Part shown: positions 38,240 through 47,812 of the stretch, piece after piece | Layout: every line of letters starts with the position of its first letter | How positions within the stretch are numbered: the first letter of the stretch is position 1 | From: Candidatus Heimdallarchaeota archaeon | Lineage (GTDB): Archaea > Asgardarchaeota > Heimdallarchaeia > Heimdallarchaeales > Heimdallarchaeaceae | DNA length: 64,000 nt | Reading direction: 5' to 3' | Assembly (NCBI GenBank): GCA_030603365.1 | Contig: JAUVXV010000006.1 | Coordinates: 1-64,000 of the forward strand | Translations under genes and position numbers: made by a program | The notes under the pieces: generated by a model | Told to the model about the DNA's origin: nothing | The model's input: the letters and a program-made list of their open reading frames with translations, nothing else | Database searches by the model: none

Positions 38240-39595
38240 ATGGAATCAACTTCTCCAAAATCAATTTCAGTAAAAGCAAAAATTGTTGAACCTGAAGTTG
38301 TCGAATTACCTAAGTATGAATTCGAAGATATGATAAACGAGCATTACAAAAGATTTCCAAGAACTGCTGAAATGGTTGAAAAACCACGGTTTGTGCGTGC
38401 ATTAAAAGAACCTTTTAGAAGATTTTATCTCCTACCTGTTGCACTATTTGGATTAAAATTAAACACAATTCTATCCTTACGATGGAAAAATTATATGAAA
38501 CTGTGGATTTATATTTCAATTCTATTTATACCGACTATTATTTTCACTATAATACCACTCGAATCAGCATTTGAGGGTTTTTCTAATCTAAGATGGATAA
38601 CAGATATCTTGTTTAATGTAGGTACGCCAATACTGATAGCAATATTACTCTCATTATTCTATTTGAAATATACACATGATGGATTTCTAGGATTAGTTCA
38701 AGCTAAAAGAGTAGAATTTATAGAAAAACCTGTAAGGGAATATTATGCAAAATACTATGACAAACCTTTACCAAGAAATCCTTTAATCATTCTGGCATCT
38801 CTTGCTACTGGTATTGGAGTTCAAATCCCAATTCTTCAAATCTCTATCACAGCAGGGTATCCAGTAGCAACTGCGTTTGGAATTCTTGCATGTATTTTTA
38901 ATCCATTCCTCTTCTATATCTTCTTTTTAGCTTCTTACTACATGATTTTGAATACAAGAATCTATGCTAAAACCTTGAAACCATTCAAAGAAAGGATGAA
39001 CGTTTATCTTAAAGAATATGGAACTCTTCTAAGAAAAGACAATTATGATATGATTTGGTCACTTGGTGATAAATGGTCTAAGGGAAGATCTATAAGTCAG
39101 CTTGAAAACATACCTACAGCTGGTATCGTATCAACACTGATTATTATCATTGCAATGGGAATGGGAAATGCAAATGAGTTAATTTACGGAATTAATAATG
39201 GGATGCCAACCCACGGTATAAATTTCTTGTTCCTTAATTCCGATCAACTAATGACAGTCCTTGTTGTAACCATCTCAGCTTTAGTTGCAGCTTTAATGGT
39301 TTTCATAATCTTTATTCCCCTAATAGCTTTTAATGGAAAAGCTAAAAAATTCAAAATTAAAGCTCTGATGGAACTTGATAACTATATCTTTGCTAGTGTA
39401 GTAGAATTTGGAGAGAAGTATTCTGAAGTGGCCAAACAAGAGAGCGTTCAGATGTTACAACTTCGTGAATATATAGCTTCAATGAGAACTTTTCCAATAT
39501 CAACTCAAAAGATATTCAGAACAATTATGGCAATAGCTCTTTGGGTTGTAAATATATTCAAAATTATCAAATCAGTGGGATCTGGAGTGGTTTAG
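38240..39595 (+). CDS. Polytopic membrane protein, unknown function
   Basis: About 7 hydrophobic segments; ends 1 nt before the FtsZ/tubulin-like gene. Confidence 0.75.
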   Translation: MESTSPKSISVKAKIVEPEVVELPKYEFEDMINEHYKRFPRTAEMVEKPRFVRALKEPFRRFYLLPVALFGLKLNTILSLRWKNYMKLWIYISILFIPTIIFTIIPLESAFEGFSNLRWITDILFNVGTPILIAILLSLFYLKYTHDGFLGLVQAKRVEFIEKPVREYYAKYYDKPLPRNPLIILASLATGIGVQIPILQISITAGYPVATAFGILACIFNPFLFYIFFLASYYMILNTRIYAKTLKPFKERMNVYLKEYGTLLRKDNYDMIWSLGDKWSKGRSISQLENIPTAGIVSTLIIIIAMGMGNANELIYGINNGMPTHGINFLFLNSDQLMTVLVVTISALVAALMVFIIFIPLIAFNGKAKKFKIKALMELDNYIFASVVEFGEKYSEVAKQESVQMLQLREYIASMRTFPISTQKIFRTIMAIALWVVNIFKIIKSVGSGVV

Positions 39596-39596
39596 A

Positions 39597-40736
39597 ATGT
39601 CCTGGCTAAAGAAAAAACTGTTTAAGAAGAAAATTTCTATTGCTGTTATAGGAGTAGGAAATGCAGGATGCAGAATAGGTGATAAACTTGTTCACCATCT
39701 AAGAGAAAGTAGAATAACTGTCAAGTCATTAGCTATTAATCAGAGTGACAACTTTGATCCTAAGGTGAATAACTTCGCTGACCATTATTGGTTTGGTTCA
39801 AAAGACTCACCATCTTCAGATTATGAACTAGAAAGAGTTTTAGAACAATTAACTCAAAATGAACAACAATTACAGGATCATATTGAAAAGGTTCTTTTCT
39901 ATAAAAAACATGATAGAAGAGATGTGGAAGATTTAGCTCTGCATTTAATTGTTGGAAGTGGTGGAGGGGCTGGTAGTGCTGGTGCTATGAAGGTTAGTAA
40001 GATTATTGCTGAACAAACTGGAGTTCCCCCTACTGTTATTTTTGTTATCCCAGAGAAAAATGAACCATCACTAGTTCAATATAATTCAGCTAGAGCTCTT
40101 CACTATCTAGGATTTGATTATCAAGGTCCTAATTGTCCAATAATTCTTTTTGATAATGATAAATTATTGAACTTATTCAAAGAAGAAACTATTGAAATAG
40201 CCTTAGAAAAGAGCAATGAGTTCTTAGTAGATTCTTTAACAACAACAATACTAGCTGCACTCCAAGAAAGTACTCACGAAGAATTCAACGCAGATTTAAC
40301 TGATTTCTTTCAATCGTTCACAGAAGAAGCAAGGGGTCTAGGAGTAATTATTTCTTTAGACAAGGAATTTGAATCACTAGAAAAAGCACAGAGTATTAGG
40401 TTCTCAGATTTATTCTTTAACGAACTTGATGAGAGTTCAAGTCTCACAGCTGACATAACAAGAGCAAAACTTGGATTTCTAGCAATTACTTCCCCAACAA
40501 CTTATCAAGCTACATTTGAGACAAGAAAGATTGTTAAGAAATTCGAACGAGGAAATATTAAAGTATCTCTCAATTCTATTGATGAACCTATTTTAACTAT
40601 AAGAGGGGTAATTACAGGAATTCACCCAGATTATGTTGAAAGGTTCTGGGAAGTGCTAGAAAAAGGTAGAGATAGTCGTAAGAAGGTTGTAGAGACAGAA
40701 GAGAAACTGAAGCAAGCTTATATGAAACTTGAGTAA
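39597..40736 (+). CDS. FtsZ/tubulin-superfamily GTPase (CetZ-like)
   Basis: VIGVGNAGCRIGD (T1), LAINQS, GSGGGAGSAG (T4 variant), FVIPE, ILFDNDKL, NADLTDF (T7). Confidence 0.82.
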   Translation: MSWLKKKLFKKKISIAVIGVGNAGCRIGDKLVHHLRESRITVKSLAINQSDNFDPKVNNFADHYWFGSKDSPSSDYELERVLEQLTQNEQQLQDHIEKVLFYKKHDRRDVEDLALHLIVGSGGGAGSAGAMKVSKIIAEQTGVPPTVIFVIPEKNEPSLVQYNSARALHYLGFDYQGPNCPIILFDNDKLLNLFKEETIEIALEKSNEFLVDSLTTTILAALQESTHEEFNADLTDFFQSFTEEARGLGVIISLDKEFESLEKAQSIRFSDLFFNELDESSSLTADITRAKLGFLAITSPTTYQATFETRKIVKKFERGNIKVSLNSIDEPILTIRGVITGIHPDYVERFWEVLEKGRDSRKKVVETEEKLKQAYMKLE

Positions 40737-40773
40737 GAATTTGAATTCTTACATTCTCATTCTTTTTTAATAG

Positions 40774-41775
40774 ATGCAAATCGATATAAAGATACAAACT
40801 TCTCTTATCTTGAATATAATGAGTGTTACCCGAGATTGCCCAAACTGCTTTCGGAAAATAAAAACATCATCAAAATTCTGCAAATTTTGTGGAACCACTC
40901 TCAAGATTTGTCTAGAATGTCAAACTATCAACAAAGCTAATGATGCTTTCTGTGCAGAATGTGGGTTCGATATTAAAGATGTAGAAGTAGCTGAGGGTTT
41001 TTCAGAGGTAACAGATTCTGTCGAAACTAGTTCAGAAGAGGATTTTACTCTTACAGAGGATGGAGTTGAAGAAGATCAAATAAAGCAAGAACGAAAATTA
41101 GTGATGTGGCCACCAATTTCACAATCAAGATATCTTTCGCAAGCTAGACCTCAACCAAAAGTAAAACCATATATGAAATATCTAGAGGAAGGACCTAGTT
41201 ATGAACCTAAAAAGCTAAGCTATACATATAACAGAGTAAGATTGCTAGGATTTCTCAGTGGACCTTTACCAACCTCTAATGTTTTAAGTTCAGTAGTAGA
41301 AGCTTTTGGAATTGCTTTAGCTCTAATAGCTGGTGGGATAGTGATTTTTTCCATAGGGATGGCATTCTTTCAATATATTATCTTTCCAATTATTGCAGGA
41401 ATAATAGGTGGAGCTTTATTATTATCGGCACCTTTCTTTGGTATCTATTACGTTAGTTCAAATTGGTTGTATAGAGCATTCAAAATTATGAGACCAGTAA
41501 AACTGAAAACTATTGTATGGAATTATACTCTAGCTTCTCTAATATTTTCATTGATAGGATTAATGTTTGCACCAATTTTATTAGAAGGAGGAGCTTTAGG
41601 AATTACTCTAGCAGTAGTTGGTGGGATAGTATACACAATGGGGTTAATAGTTGTACCTCTAAAAGCATATTTAGCAGATCTAGTATATGTTAAAGCTGCT
41701 GTAGACCTCAGGGATTCAGAACCAAAAGAAGAAAAAGTAGTCACTAAAGAAAACAAGAAAAATGGGGAGAAATAA
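40774..41775 (+). CDS. Double zinc-ribbon protein with C-terminal multi-TM domain (likely start ATG 40819)
   Basis: CPNC...CKFCG...CLEC...CAECG, acidic linker, 4 TM segments. Confidence 0.8.
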   Translation: MQIDIKIQTSLILNIMSVTRDCPNCFRKIKTSSKFCKFCGTTLKICLECQTINKANDAFCAECGFDIKDVEVAEGFSEVTDSVETSSEEDFTLTEDGVEEDQIKQERKLVMWPPISQSRYLSQARPQPKVKPYMKYLEEGPSYEPKKLSYTYNRVRLLGFLSGPLPTSNVLSSVVEAFGIALALIAGGIVIFSIGMAFFQYIIFPIIAGIIGGALLLSAPFFGIYYVSSNWLYRAFKIMRPVKLKTIVWNYTLASLIFSLIGLMFAPILLEGGALGITLAVVGGIVYTMGLIVVPLKAYLADLVYVKAAVDLRDSEPKEEKVVTKENKKNGEK

Positions 41776-41807
41776 AGATATATCTTGTATAATTTCTCCT
41801 AACGGTT

Positions 41808-42383
41808 TTATTTTGGAGCTAATTTTGCCATAGTTGCTGAATCATCGGTCTCGATGATGCCATGGTTTCTTAAATCATGTAGTGCTTTAATAATTGCTGC
41901 AGGTGTAAATCCTGTGGTTTTGACTAACTCATCTCTGGTCCAATCTTCTTTAGCTACTCCTTGAAGTAGTAAGAGAATCTTGGTATGAGGAGTAGCAGCA
42001 AAAACCTTTTCGAATAGAATTGTGTAGATAGCGAGTAATTCTTGAATATCTATGGTTTGTTCTTGTTCTTGAGTCATTTCTTCATACATTTTTCGTAGAC
42101 CTGACATCTGTTCCTCAACACTAGCTAACTGGTTCTTGTATGACTCAGCGTCTTTTAAAGCGTCACTAATCTTAGAATCTTTAGTTTCGTATTCTTGCTT
42201 CAGTTGAGTGAATTTCTCTTCAATTTCCTTCAATTTTGATTTTAAATCGGTATTTTCCTTAACAATGTCATCAGAAAAACTGGAGAGTTTGGTTAAAACT
42301 GAGGGTAATTCAGCAAATTTGTCCTTGATATGGGCATAAAGCTCAATAAACTCTTCTAAGGGGGTTTGCTCAGATTCGGACAT
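41808..42383 (-). CDS. Coiled-coil protein with C-terminal winged-helix-like domain
   Basis: Heptad-rich N-part; TRDELVKTTGFTPAAIIKALHDLRNHGIIE. Confidence 0.75.
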   Translation of the reverse strand: MSESEQTPLEEFIELYAHIKDKFAELPSVLTKLSSFSDDIVKENTDLKSKLKEIEEKFTQLKQEYETKDSKISDALKDAESYKNQLASVEEQMSGLRKMYEEMTQEQEQTIDIQELLAIYTILFEKVFAATPHTKILLLLQGVAKEDWTRDELVKTTGFTPAAIIKALHDLRNHGIIETDDSATMAKLAPK

Positions 42384-42481
42384 GTGTTTAACTCTTTGGT
42401 ATTCAATAATATTAATCTTGTGTCGGAGGTATCAACAACATTGGGAAAAACTTATTATTCCCTCACTCGAAACCACAAGGT

Positions 42482-43204
42482 ATGGACGCAATCTTACTCT
42501 GTGGTGGACTAGGTACACGTATTAGAACTGTAACCAAAGATAGTTATCCAAAAGCTATGGTACAGATAGTTGGTAAAACAATCTTAGAATGGGAAATGTC
42601 ATGGTTAAGAAAACATGGAGTAAATCATGCTATTCTTGCAGTTAGACATCTTGCAGAATATATAGAAGAACAGTTTGGCAGCACATATGAGACTGACTAT
42701 GGGGAAATAAGTGTGAGCTATAGTAAAGAACATGAAAGACTTGGCTCAGGAGGAGCTGTTAAGCTAGCTAAGAGTTATGTTTCAAGTTCTGATTTTATCA
42801 TCATGAATGGAGATATTGTCACAAATTTCGATTTAAAGGAGATGATATCTAATTTTCAGAAAGATAACAAAAAAGGATCAATTGCTATTACTAAAATGAG
42901 AAGTCCTTTTGGTATTGTAGAAATTACAGAAGATGACGATATAGTTGAATTCAAAGAGAAACCAATTCTAAATCACTGGATTCATGCTGGAGTTGATATT
43001 TTTAGAGAGGATGTTCTAGATAGGTTCCCTGACAGAGGTCAAATGGAAGAAACGATATTTGTAAAATTAGCAGAAGAAGATCAACTAAAAGCATACAGAA
43101 TAGACCAAAAGTATTTCTGGAGAAGTATCGATAATCCTAAAGATGTTCAAGAAACTGAAAAAGAGTGGCGTGGATTAGAACTAAAGGTTGACGCTGAGGG
43201 TTGA
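42482..43204 (+). CDS. Sugar-phosphate nucleotidyltransferase (NTP_transferase family)
   Basis: AILLCGGLGTRIR, PKAMV, LGSGGA, MNGD, FKEKP. Confidence 0.92.
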   Translation: MDAILLCGGLGTRIRTVTKDSYPKAMVQIVGKTILEWEMSWLRKHGVNHAILAVRHLAEYIEEQFGSTYETDYGEISVSYSKEHERLGSGGAVKLAKSYVSSSDFIIMNGDIVTNFDLKEMISNFQKDNKKGSIAITKMRSPFGIVEITEDDDIVEFKEKPILNHWIHAGVDIFREDVLDRFPDRGQMEETIFVKLAEEDQLKAYRIDQKYFWRSIDNPKDVQETEKEWRGLELKVDAEG

Positions 43205-43990
43205 GGGGTCCCAGTCGAATCTTTTTTGAGTAAATGGAATCTCAAATCCTAAATCCAAATATAATTGTTCAGCACCAGAGTTATTTTGAGCTTGTAAACA
43301 AAATTGAGTATCAGGAGAATCGGCAATAATATCTGAAATATAATTTGATGTCATTTTTCTAGCGTATCCTTGTCTTCTAAAACGAGTTTTTGTACCTACA
43401 CCATAAAGACCAATGAAATTTTCATAACGAAAAGAGCAAAAACAACTAACATCTTTTCCAAAAGCTTTCCCTACAAAAAATTCGATACCATTTTTTATCT
43501 GTTCATTAACCATAGAGGTTATGTATTTTCTAAGATGACTAGGATAACTAAAAGAATCGAAGAAGGCATCTACCCATCGTTTAACATTCTTCAATGTAAG
43601 TAAATCAAGTTCTAGATTTGTATCTGGTGCAAGTTTCTCGCTTTTTTCACTTGACCAAGACATCAATGAAGTATCGATAGGATAGGTTATGAAATTTCGT
43701 TGTCGAAGAAGTTTGGAATTTTTTCTAAATGTATCATTGTAAAATACTTTAACTACAAAATATTCTTTCCCATCATTGAAATAAGAGAAGGTAAAATCTA
43801 AGAAATCTTCAAAATTTACCTCTCCAAAATGAGTTGGAGAGACATAACTATAAGTTTCAATTGCTTTATGCTTTACAAAATAACCAAAATCATTTTTCAC
43901 AACATCAGAATTAGGCATATAATGATAGAATCTAAATTCATTTAGTTCTAATATTTCCCTTAATTTTTGTTCTTCAGTCATGCTTGGCAT
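43181..43990 (-). CDS. GNAT-family N-acetyltransferase
   Basis: VGTKTRFRRQGYA acetyl-CoA motif A; LYLDLGF. Confidence 0.82.
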   Translation of the reverse strand: MPSMTEEQKLREILELNEFRFYHYMPNSDVVKNDFGYFVKHKAIETYSYVSPTHFGEVNFEDFLDFTFSYFNDGKEYFVVKVFYNDTFRKNSKLLRQRNFITYPIDTSLMSWSSEKSEKLAPDTNLELDLLTLKNVKRWVDAFFDSFSYPSHLRKYITSMVNEQIKNGIEFFVGKAFGKDVSCFCSFRYENFIGLYGVGTKTRFRRQGYARKMTSNYISDIIADSPDTQFCLQAQNNSGAEQLYLDLGFEIPFTQKRFDWDPSTLSVNL

Positions 43991-44084
43991 AGATTATGAA
44001 TAACATTTGTCGTACTGGCATATAAAAGAATTGAGGGAGAAGAAGGTATTATAGGGGTTTAAATAGGGAAGTCTAGGGAAAGAG

Positions 44085-45344
44085 ATGATGAACACTGTTC
44101 CTCGAGCAGAAGTCATGGAAACTAACCATCATCAAGCTTTGAGTAGGCTGTGTCATCAAACCAAAAATCTCTACAATCGAGCGAATTATCTGTGCAAGCA
44201 ACAGAGACAAAAACAAGGGTCGATTTATTCTTATTATGAACTAGATAAACGACTTAAAACTGAAGAATGTTATAAGGTTCTCCCAGCCCATACTGCACAA
44301 CACACACTGAAATTACTTATAAGAAACTGGAAAGCGTTCTTCCAAGCAATAAAAGAATGGAAAAAGCATCCTGGAAGGTTTTTCGGTCCTCCTCGCCCAC
44401 CTCACTACAAACCGTCGGATGGGGAGACGATTGCTATCATCTCCAATCAACAAGCAAAAATACGCAACGGATACCTCATCTTACCTAAGAAACTCCCCTT
44501 CACGATCAAAACAAGATTAAAAGCAACTGACAAGCTTCGAGAAGTACGGATCATCCCTCGTGGCGTAGGCTATACTGTAGAGATCATTTATAACAAACAT
44601 TTACCCAAACAAGTGCAGGAAAACAAGAAGAGAAAAGGTGCGCTAGATTTGGGTTTAACCAACCTCATTACCTTTGTGGATAATATCGGCTCACGCCCGA
44701 TTATTGTCAAGGACGAGGGGAAGGGAATAAAGTCAATAACTCAATATTATCTGAAGAAAACCAGTCTATTACAAGAGCAGTATGCACAACAGCAAAGAGT
44801 AAATCTTAAACAGAAAAACAACCTCAGATATGGTCCTGCTTATTATCAAGCTAAGGAACGGTGGAGAAGAAAAGTCAAAGATTGTTTCCATCACCTCAGT
44901 CGATTCTTAATAGAGTTGTGGGAACAACGGGGGTTACACACCATCTACATTGGCTACAATCCTCGCTGGAAACAGCAAGTAAGGTTGAGGAAGAAAACCA
45001 CTCAACTGTTCGTTCTCGTCCCATTTCACAAACTAATCACTCTTCTCAAATACAAAACTGAGGAGAAGGGGATAACGATTGAACTAGTCGATGAGAGTTA
45101 TACCTCCAAATGTAGTTTCTTAGATGATGAGTCTATTCAGAAACATACCAAGTATGCAGGAAAAAGGATTCAAAGAGGACTGTTTAAATCTAGTCAAGGT
45201 CATCTCATTAATGCTGATGTCAATGCAGCGTATAATATACTGATTAAAAGCGATCCGCAAGCACTTCCACCACGAAGTGTGGGCGGGGTAGGAGGATATG
45301 TGATTTATCCACTTAGAATGAGCTATCCAGCAATGAAGTTCTAG
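44085..45344 (+). CDS. tnpB: IS200/IS605-family TnpB RNA-guided nuclease (full length)
   Basis: KNLYNRANY, ALDLGLTNL (RuvC-I), IGYNPRWKQ, DESYTSKCSFLD, INADVNAAYNI. Confidence 0.93.
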   Translation: MMNTVPRAEVMETNHHQALSRLCHQTKNLYNRANYLCKQQRQKQGSIYSYYELDKRLKTEECYKVLPAHTAQHTLKLLIRNWKAFFQAIKEWKKHPGRFFGPPRPPHYKPSDGETIAIISNQQAKIRNGYLILPKKLPFTIKTRLKATDKLREVRIIPRGVGYTVEIIYNKHLPKQVQENKKRKGALDLGLTNLITFVDNIGSRPIIVKDEGKGIKSITQYYLKKTSLLQEQYAQQQRVNLKQKNNLRYGPAYYQAKERWRRKVKDCFHHLSRFLIELWEQRGLHTIYIGYNPRWKQQVRLRKKTTQLFVLVPFHKLITLLKYKTEEKGITIELVDESYTSKCSFLDDESIQKHTKYAGKRIQRGLFKSSQGHLINADVNAAYNILIKSDPQALPPRSVGGVGGYVIYPLRMSYPAMKF

Positions 45345-45374
45345 GAAAGATAATGTTACTATGCTAATATGACA
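45247..45374 (+). ncRNA. Putative omegaRNA/reRNA scaffold of second tnpB
   Basis: CACTTC-6nt-GAAGTG and GGATA-7nt-TATCC hairpins at positions equivalent to those in copy 1. Confidence 0.55.
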
Positions 45375-45482
45375 TAATCAAATCATTGTCTAATTTCTTA
45401 TAAGTAAAAATAAAGCTTAGCATTTGTCTTCACTAAATGATACTCGAGCAAAAAAGATTTAAAGAACTGTTTTTTCTGAAGA

Positions 45483-45788
45483 TTGACAGATATGAGTTTC
45501 AGAAATAATCAGGAAACAAAAAGAGAGTTTTTCATACAGCTTATTAGAGGAGCTGCTGGTGCAGTCATACTGTTAATATTACTGGGTTTCTGGCTTGGTT
45601 GGGACAGCATTTATGTTTGGTTCTATAACCAAGTAGTTCATATTCCTAAAGAGGTAAGAGTTGGAGATCCGCTCTTGCTAGGATGGTTAATATTTCTGTT
45701 CCCATTATTAGCAGCAGGGATTGGTTTACTTGTATCTGGAGGTATAAAAGCATACAAATTAGCAATACCACCTAAAGAAAAAGACTAA
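45483..45788 (+). CDS. Small two-TM membrane protein
   Basis: Two hydrophobic helices. Confidence 0.65.
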   Translation: MTDMSFRNNQETKREFFIQLIRGAAGAVILLILLGFWLGWDSIYVWFYNQVVHIPKEVRVGDPLLLGWLIFLFPLLAAGIGLLVSGGIKAYKLAIPPKEKD

Positions 45789-45827
45789 AGTTTCTCTTCT
45801 TTTTCATGTTTATAGCAAAAAGGTAAA

Positions 45828-46310
45828 ATGAGCATATTTTTTCCATTAATCATGAGTAACTATATTGAAAAAAGTTTAGGGATTAATGATTTCTGTTTTG
45901 GTTGTGGTGAGAGCAATCCTATAGGAGCAAAATTATCTTTTTTCAAGATTTCTGATAAGTCAGTAGGTTCGAAATTTCTTGTACCGAACACCTGGGGTGG
46001 ATGGGGTAAAATTGTTCATGGAGGCCTTCAAACCGTTCTAATGGATGAGGTTTCAGGATGGGCTGTTATAACTTTGCTAGAAGAACCTTGTTTAACAATA
46101 AATGTTGAAATGCAATTTTTCAGTCCATTATACGTTGAAGAAGAAGTAGAAATAATTGGAGAGATTGTAGAAAAGAATGAAAAAGACATTCTTGTCAAAA
46201 GCTATCTAAAGAATAAAGAGGGGCAGGTTTGTACTAAAGGTCTTTTTACATTTAGAAAAGTAAAAAAGGAAAAGATAGAACAAATAGCTGGTATCAAGTT
46301 TAGCAGCTAG
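45828..46310 (+). CDS. PaaI-family hotdog thioesterase
   Basis: CFGCG-x-x-NP-x-G, IVHGG-x5-MDE. Confidence 0.9.
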   Translation: MSIFFPLIMSNYIEKSLGINDFCFGCGESNPIGAKLSFFKISDKSVGSKFLVPNTWGGWGKIVHGGLQTVLMDEVSGWAVITLLEEPCLTINVEMQFFSPLYVEEEVEIIGEIVEKNEKDILVKSYLKNKEGQVCTKGLFTFRKVKKEKIEQIAGIKFSS

Positions 46311-46521
46311 TGTGTTCAATTGCCTCTACTGGACATGCGCCTACACAAGCACAGCATTCTATACAATCATCAACATTAGGCGCAGTAGATTTGTTATCAA
46401 CCAACACAAAAACATCTGATGGACAAACATCAACGCAATCTCCAGCTCCAACACATTTGTCATGATCGATTTTTATTACCCAGTCATCAGAAACATATTC
46501 CTTAACTACCATTATAATCAA
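46300..46521 (-). CDS. Dicluster ferredoxin (first site CxxAxxC, possibly 3Fe-4S)
   Basis: CVGAGDCVDVCP and CIECCACVGACP. Confidence 0.92.
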   Translation of the reverse strand: MIIMVVKEYVSDDWVIKIDHDKCVGAGDCVDVCPSDVFVLVDNKSTAPNVDDCIECCACVGACPVEAIEHTSC

Positions 46522-46578
46522 GATGTGTTGTACATTCTTGCTTTTATACTTTATCTTAAGTTTTCAATGCTTGAACAT

Positions 46579-46977
46579 TTACGTGATTTGATAAAGTGGG
46601 TGGTAGTAGAATATAGACCAAATGGTTAGAACAATCTGAACAATTGATAGAACTAATATTATTCCTAAGATGATTTTTGAGATAGGTAGAGTGAATTCAG
46701 GTTTTCCTTTTCTTATAAAATAGAGATGTATAAAGAATGCAAAGAAACCCCCAACGCAGAGAATAATAGAAAGAATCATCCCTGTCAGCGAGGGGTTAAA
46801 AACCTCAATTAGACCATAGAGAATTAGACCTAACATAGGGATATGGATACACAGGAATCCTGTTAAACCTCCCCCTAACTTAAAGAGCTCCCACTCTTTC
46901 CAATAAGCAGATTCTATTTCGTGAATTATTAGGAAAATAGCATTAACAAAGTATATCCAAGCTACAACTTCTAACAT
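46579..46977 (-). CDS. Small membrane protein (HExxSAYWKEW family, DUF6713-like)
   Basis: IIHEIESAYWKEWELF, four TM segments. Confidence 0.7.
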   Translation of the reverse strand: MLEVVAWIYFVNAIFLIIHEIESAYWKEWELFKLGGGLTGFLCIHIPMLGLILYGLIEVFNPSLTGMILSIILCVGGFFAFFIHLYFIRKGKPEFTLPISKIILGIILVLSIVQIVLTIWSIFYYHPLYQIT

Positions 46978-47059
46978 AGTAGACTCTTTTTTCTAAGACG
47001 TATTAATTCTTTGCCCTAAAATGCGAAAAATTAATTATCTCTTACGAGTCTTGTAAACC

Positions 47060-47812
47060 ATGTCATTTGAAGGTAAAACTGTTATTGTTACAGGTGCAAG
47101 TTCAGGAATTGGTTTGGCAACTGTTAGATCTTTTCAAAGAAAAGGTGCAGATGTACTAATGGTCGCAAGATCAGCTGGAAGATTAGAGGAAATTGCCAAA
47201 GAATTAGGTACTAGGTTCATTGCAACTGATGTAACAGATGAAGGAGCAGCTGAGAGAGTTATTGGTGAGGCAGTAATGGAATCTGGTAAAATTAATGTAT
47301 TAATCAACTCAGCAGGTATTCTACGTACTGGGAATATCATGAGTACTCCTATCCATGAATTTGATTACATGATGAACATCAATTTGAGGTCAGTTTTTCT
47401 TCTAATGCAGACAGCTTTACCTTTTCTAAAAGAGAGCAAGGGGAATATCGTTAATGTTTCTAGTGTAACAGGTTTGAGAGCTTTTCCCAACATCTTATCT
47501 TACTGTGTAAGCAAAGCAGGTCTTGATCACTTAACTAGATGTTCGGCACTTGAATTAGCAGAATTTGGAGTACGTGTAAATGCAGTTAACCCTGGAGTAG
47601 TCATAACCAGTTTGCATAAAGAGAGTGGGATGAACGATAAGAGGTATGAAGAATTCCTCGAACACAGTAAAACAACACATCCATTAGGAAGAGTTGGAAC
47701 CCCTGATGAAATAGCAGATTTGATTCTATTCCTTGCTTCAGACAAAGCCTTGTGGATAACTGGTGAAACTGTAAGTATAGATGGAGGAAGATCCCTAACT
47801 TGTTTCCGTTAG
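47060..47812 (+). CDS. Short-chain dehydrogenase/reductase (FabG-like)
   Basis: TGASSGIG, INSAG, NVSS, YCVSK, VNAVNPG. Confidence 0.95.
   Translation: MSFEGKTVIVTGASSGIGLATVRSFQRKGADVLMVARSAGRLEEIAKELGTRFIATDVTDEGAAERVIGEAVMESGKINVLINSAGILRTGNIMSTPIHEFDYMMNINLRSVFLLMQTALPFLKESKGNIVNVSSVTGLRAFPNILSYCVSKAGLDHLTRCSALELAEFGVRVNAVNPGVVITSLHKESGMNDKRYEEFLEHSKTTHPLGRVGTPDEIADLILFLASDKALWITGETVSIDGGRSLTCFR

Larger units (their letters stand above)
44030..45374 (+). mobile_element. TnpB-only (IS1341-like) element; left end approximate
   Basis: No tnpA adjacent. Right end defined by similarity with the first copy ending ATGACA. Confidence 0.65.

Noticed and set aside
44020-44084. TTGAG as TAM/left end of the second tnpB element
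   Set aside because: No clear subterminal hairpin, and the first copy's left end is outside the window, so it cannot be compared.
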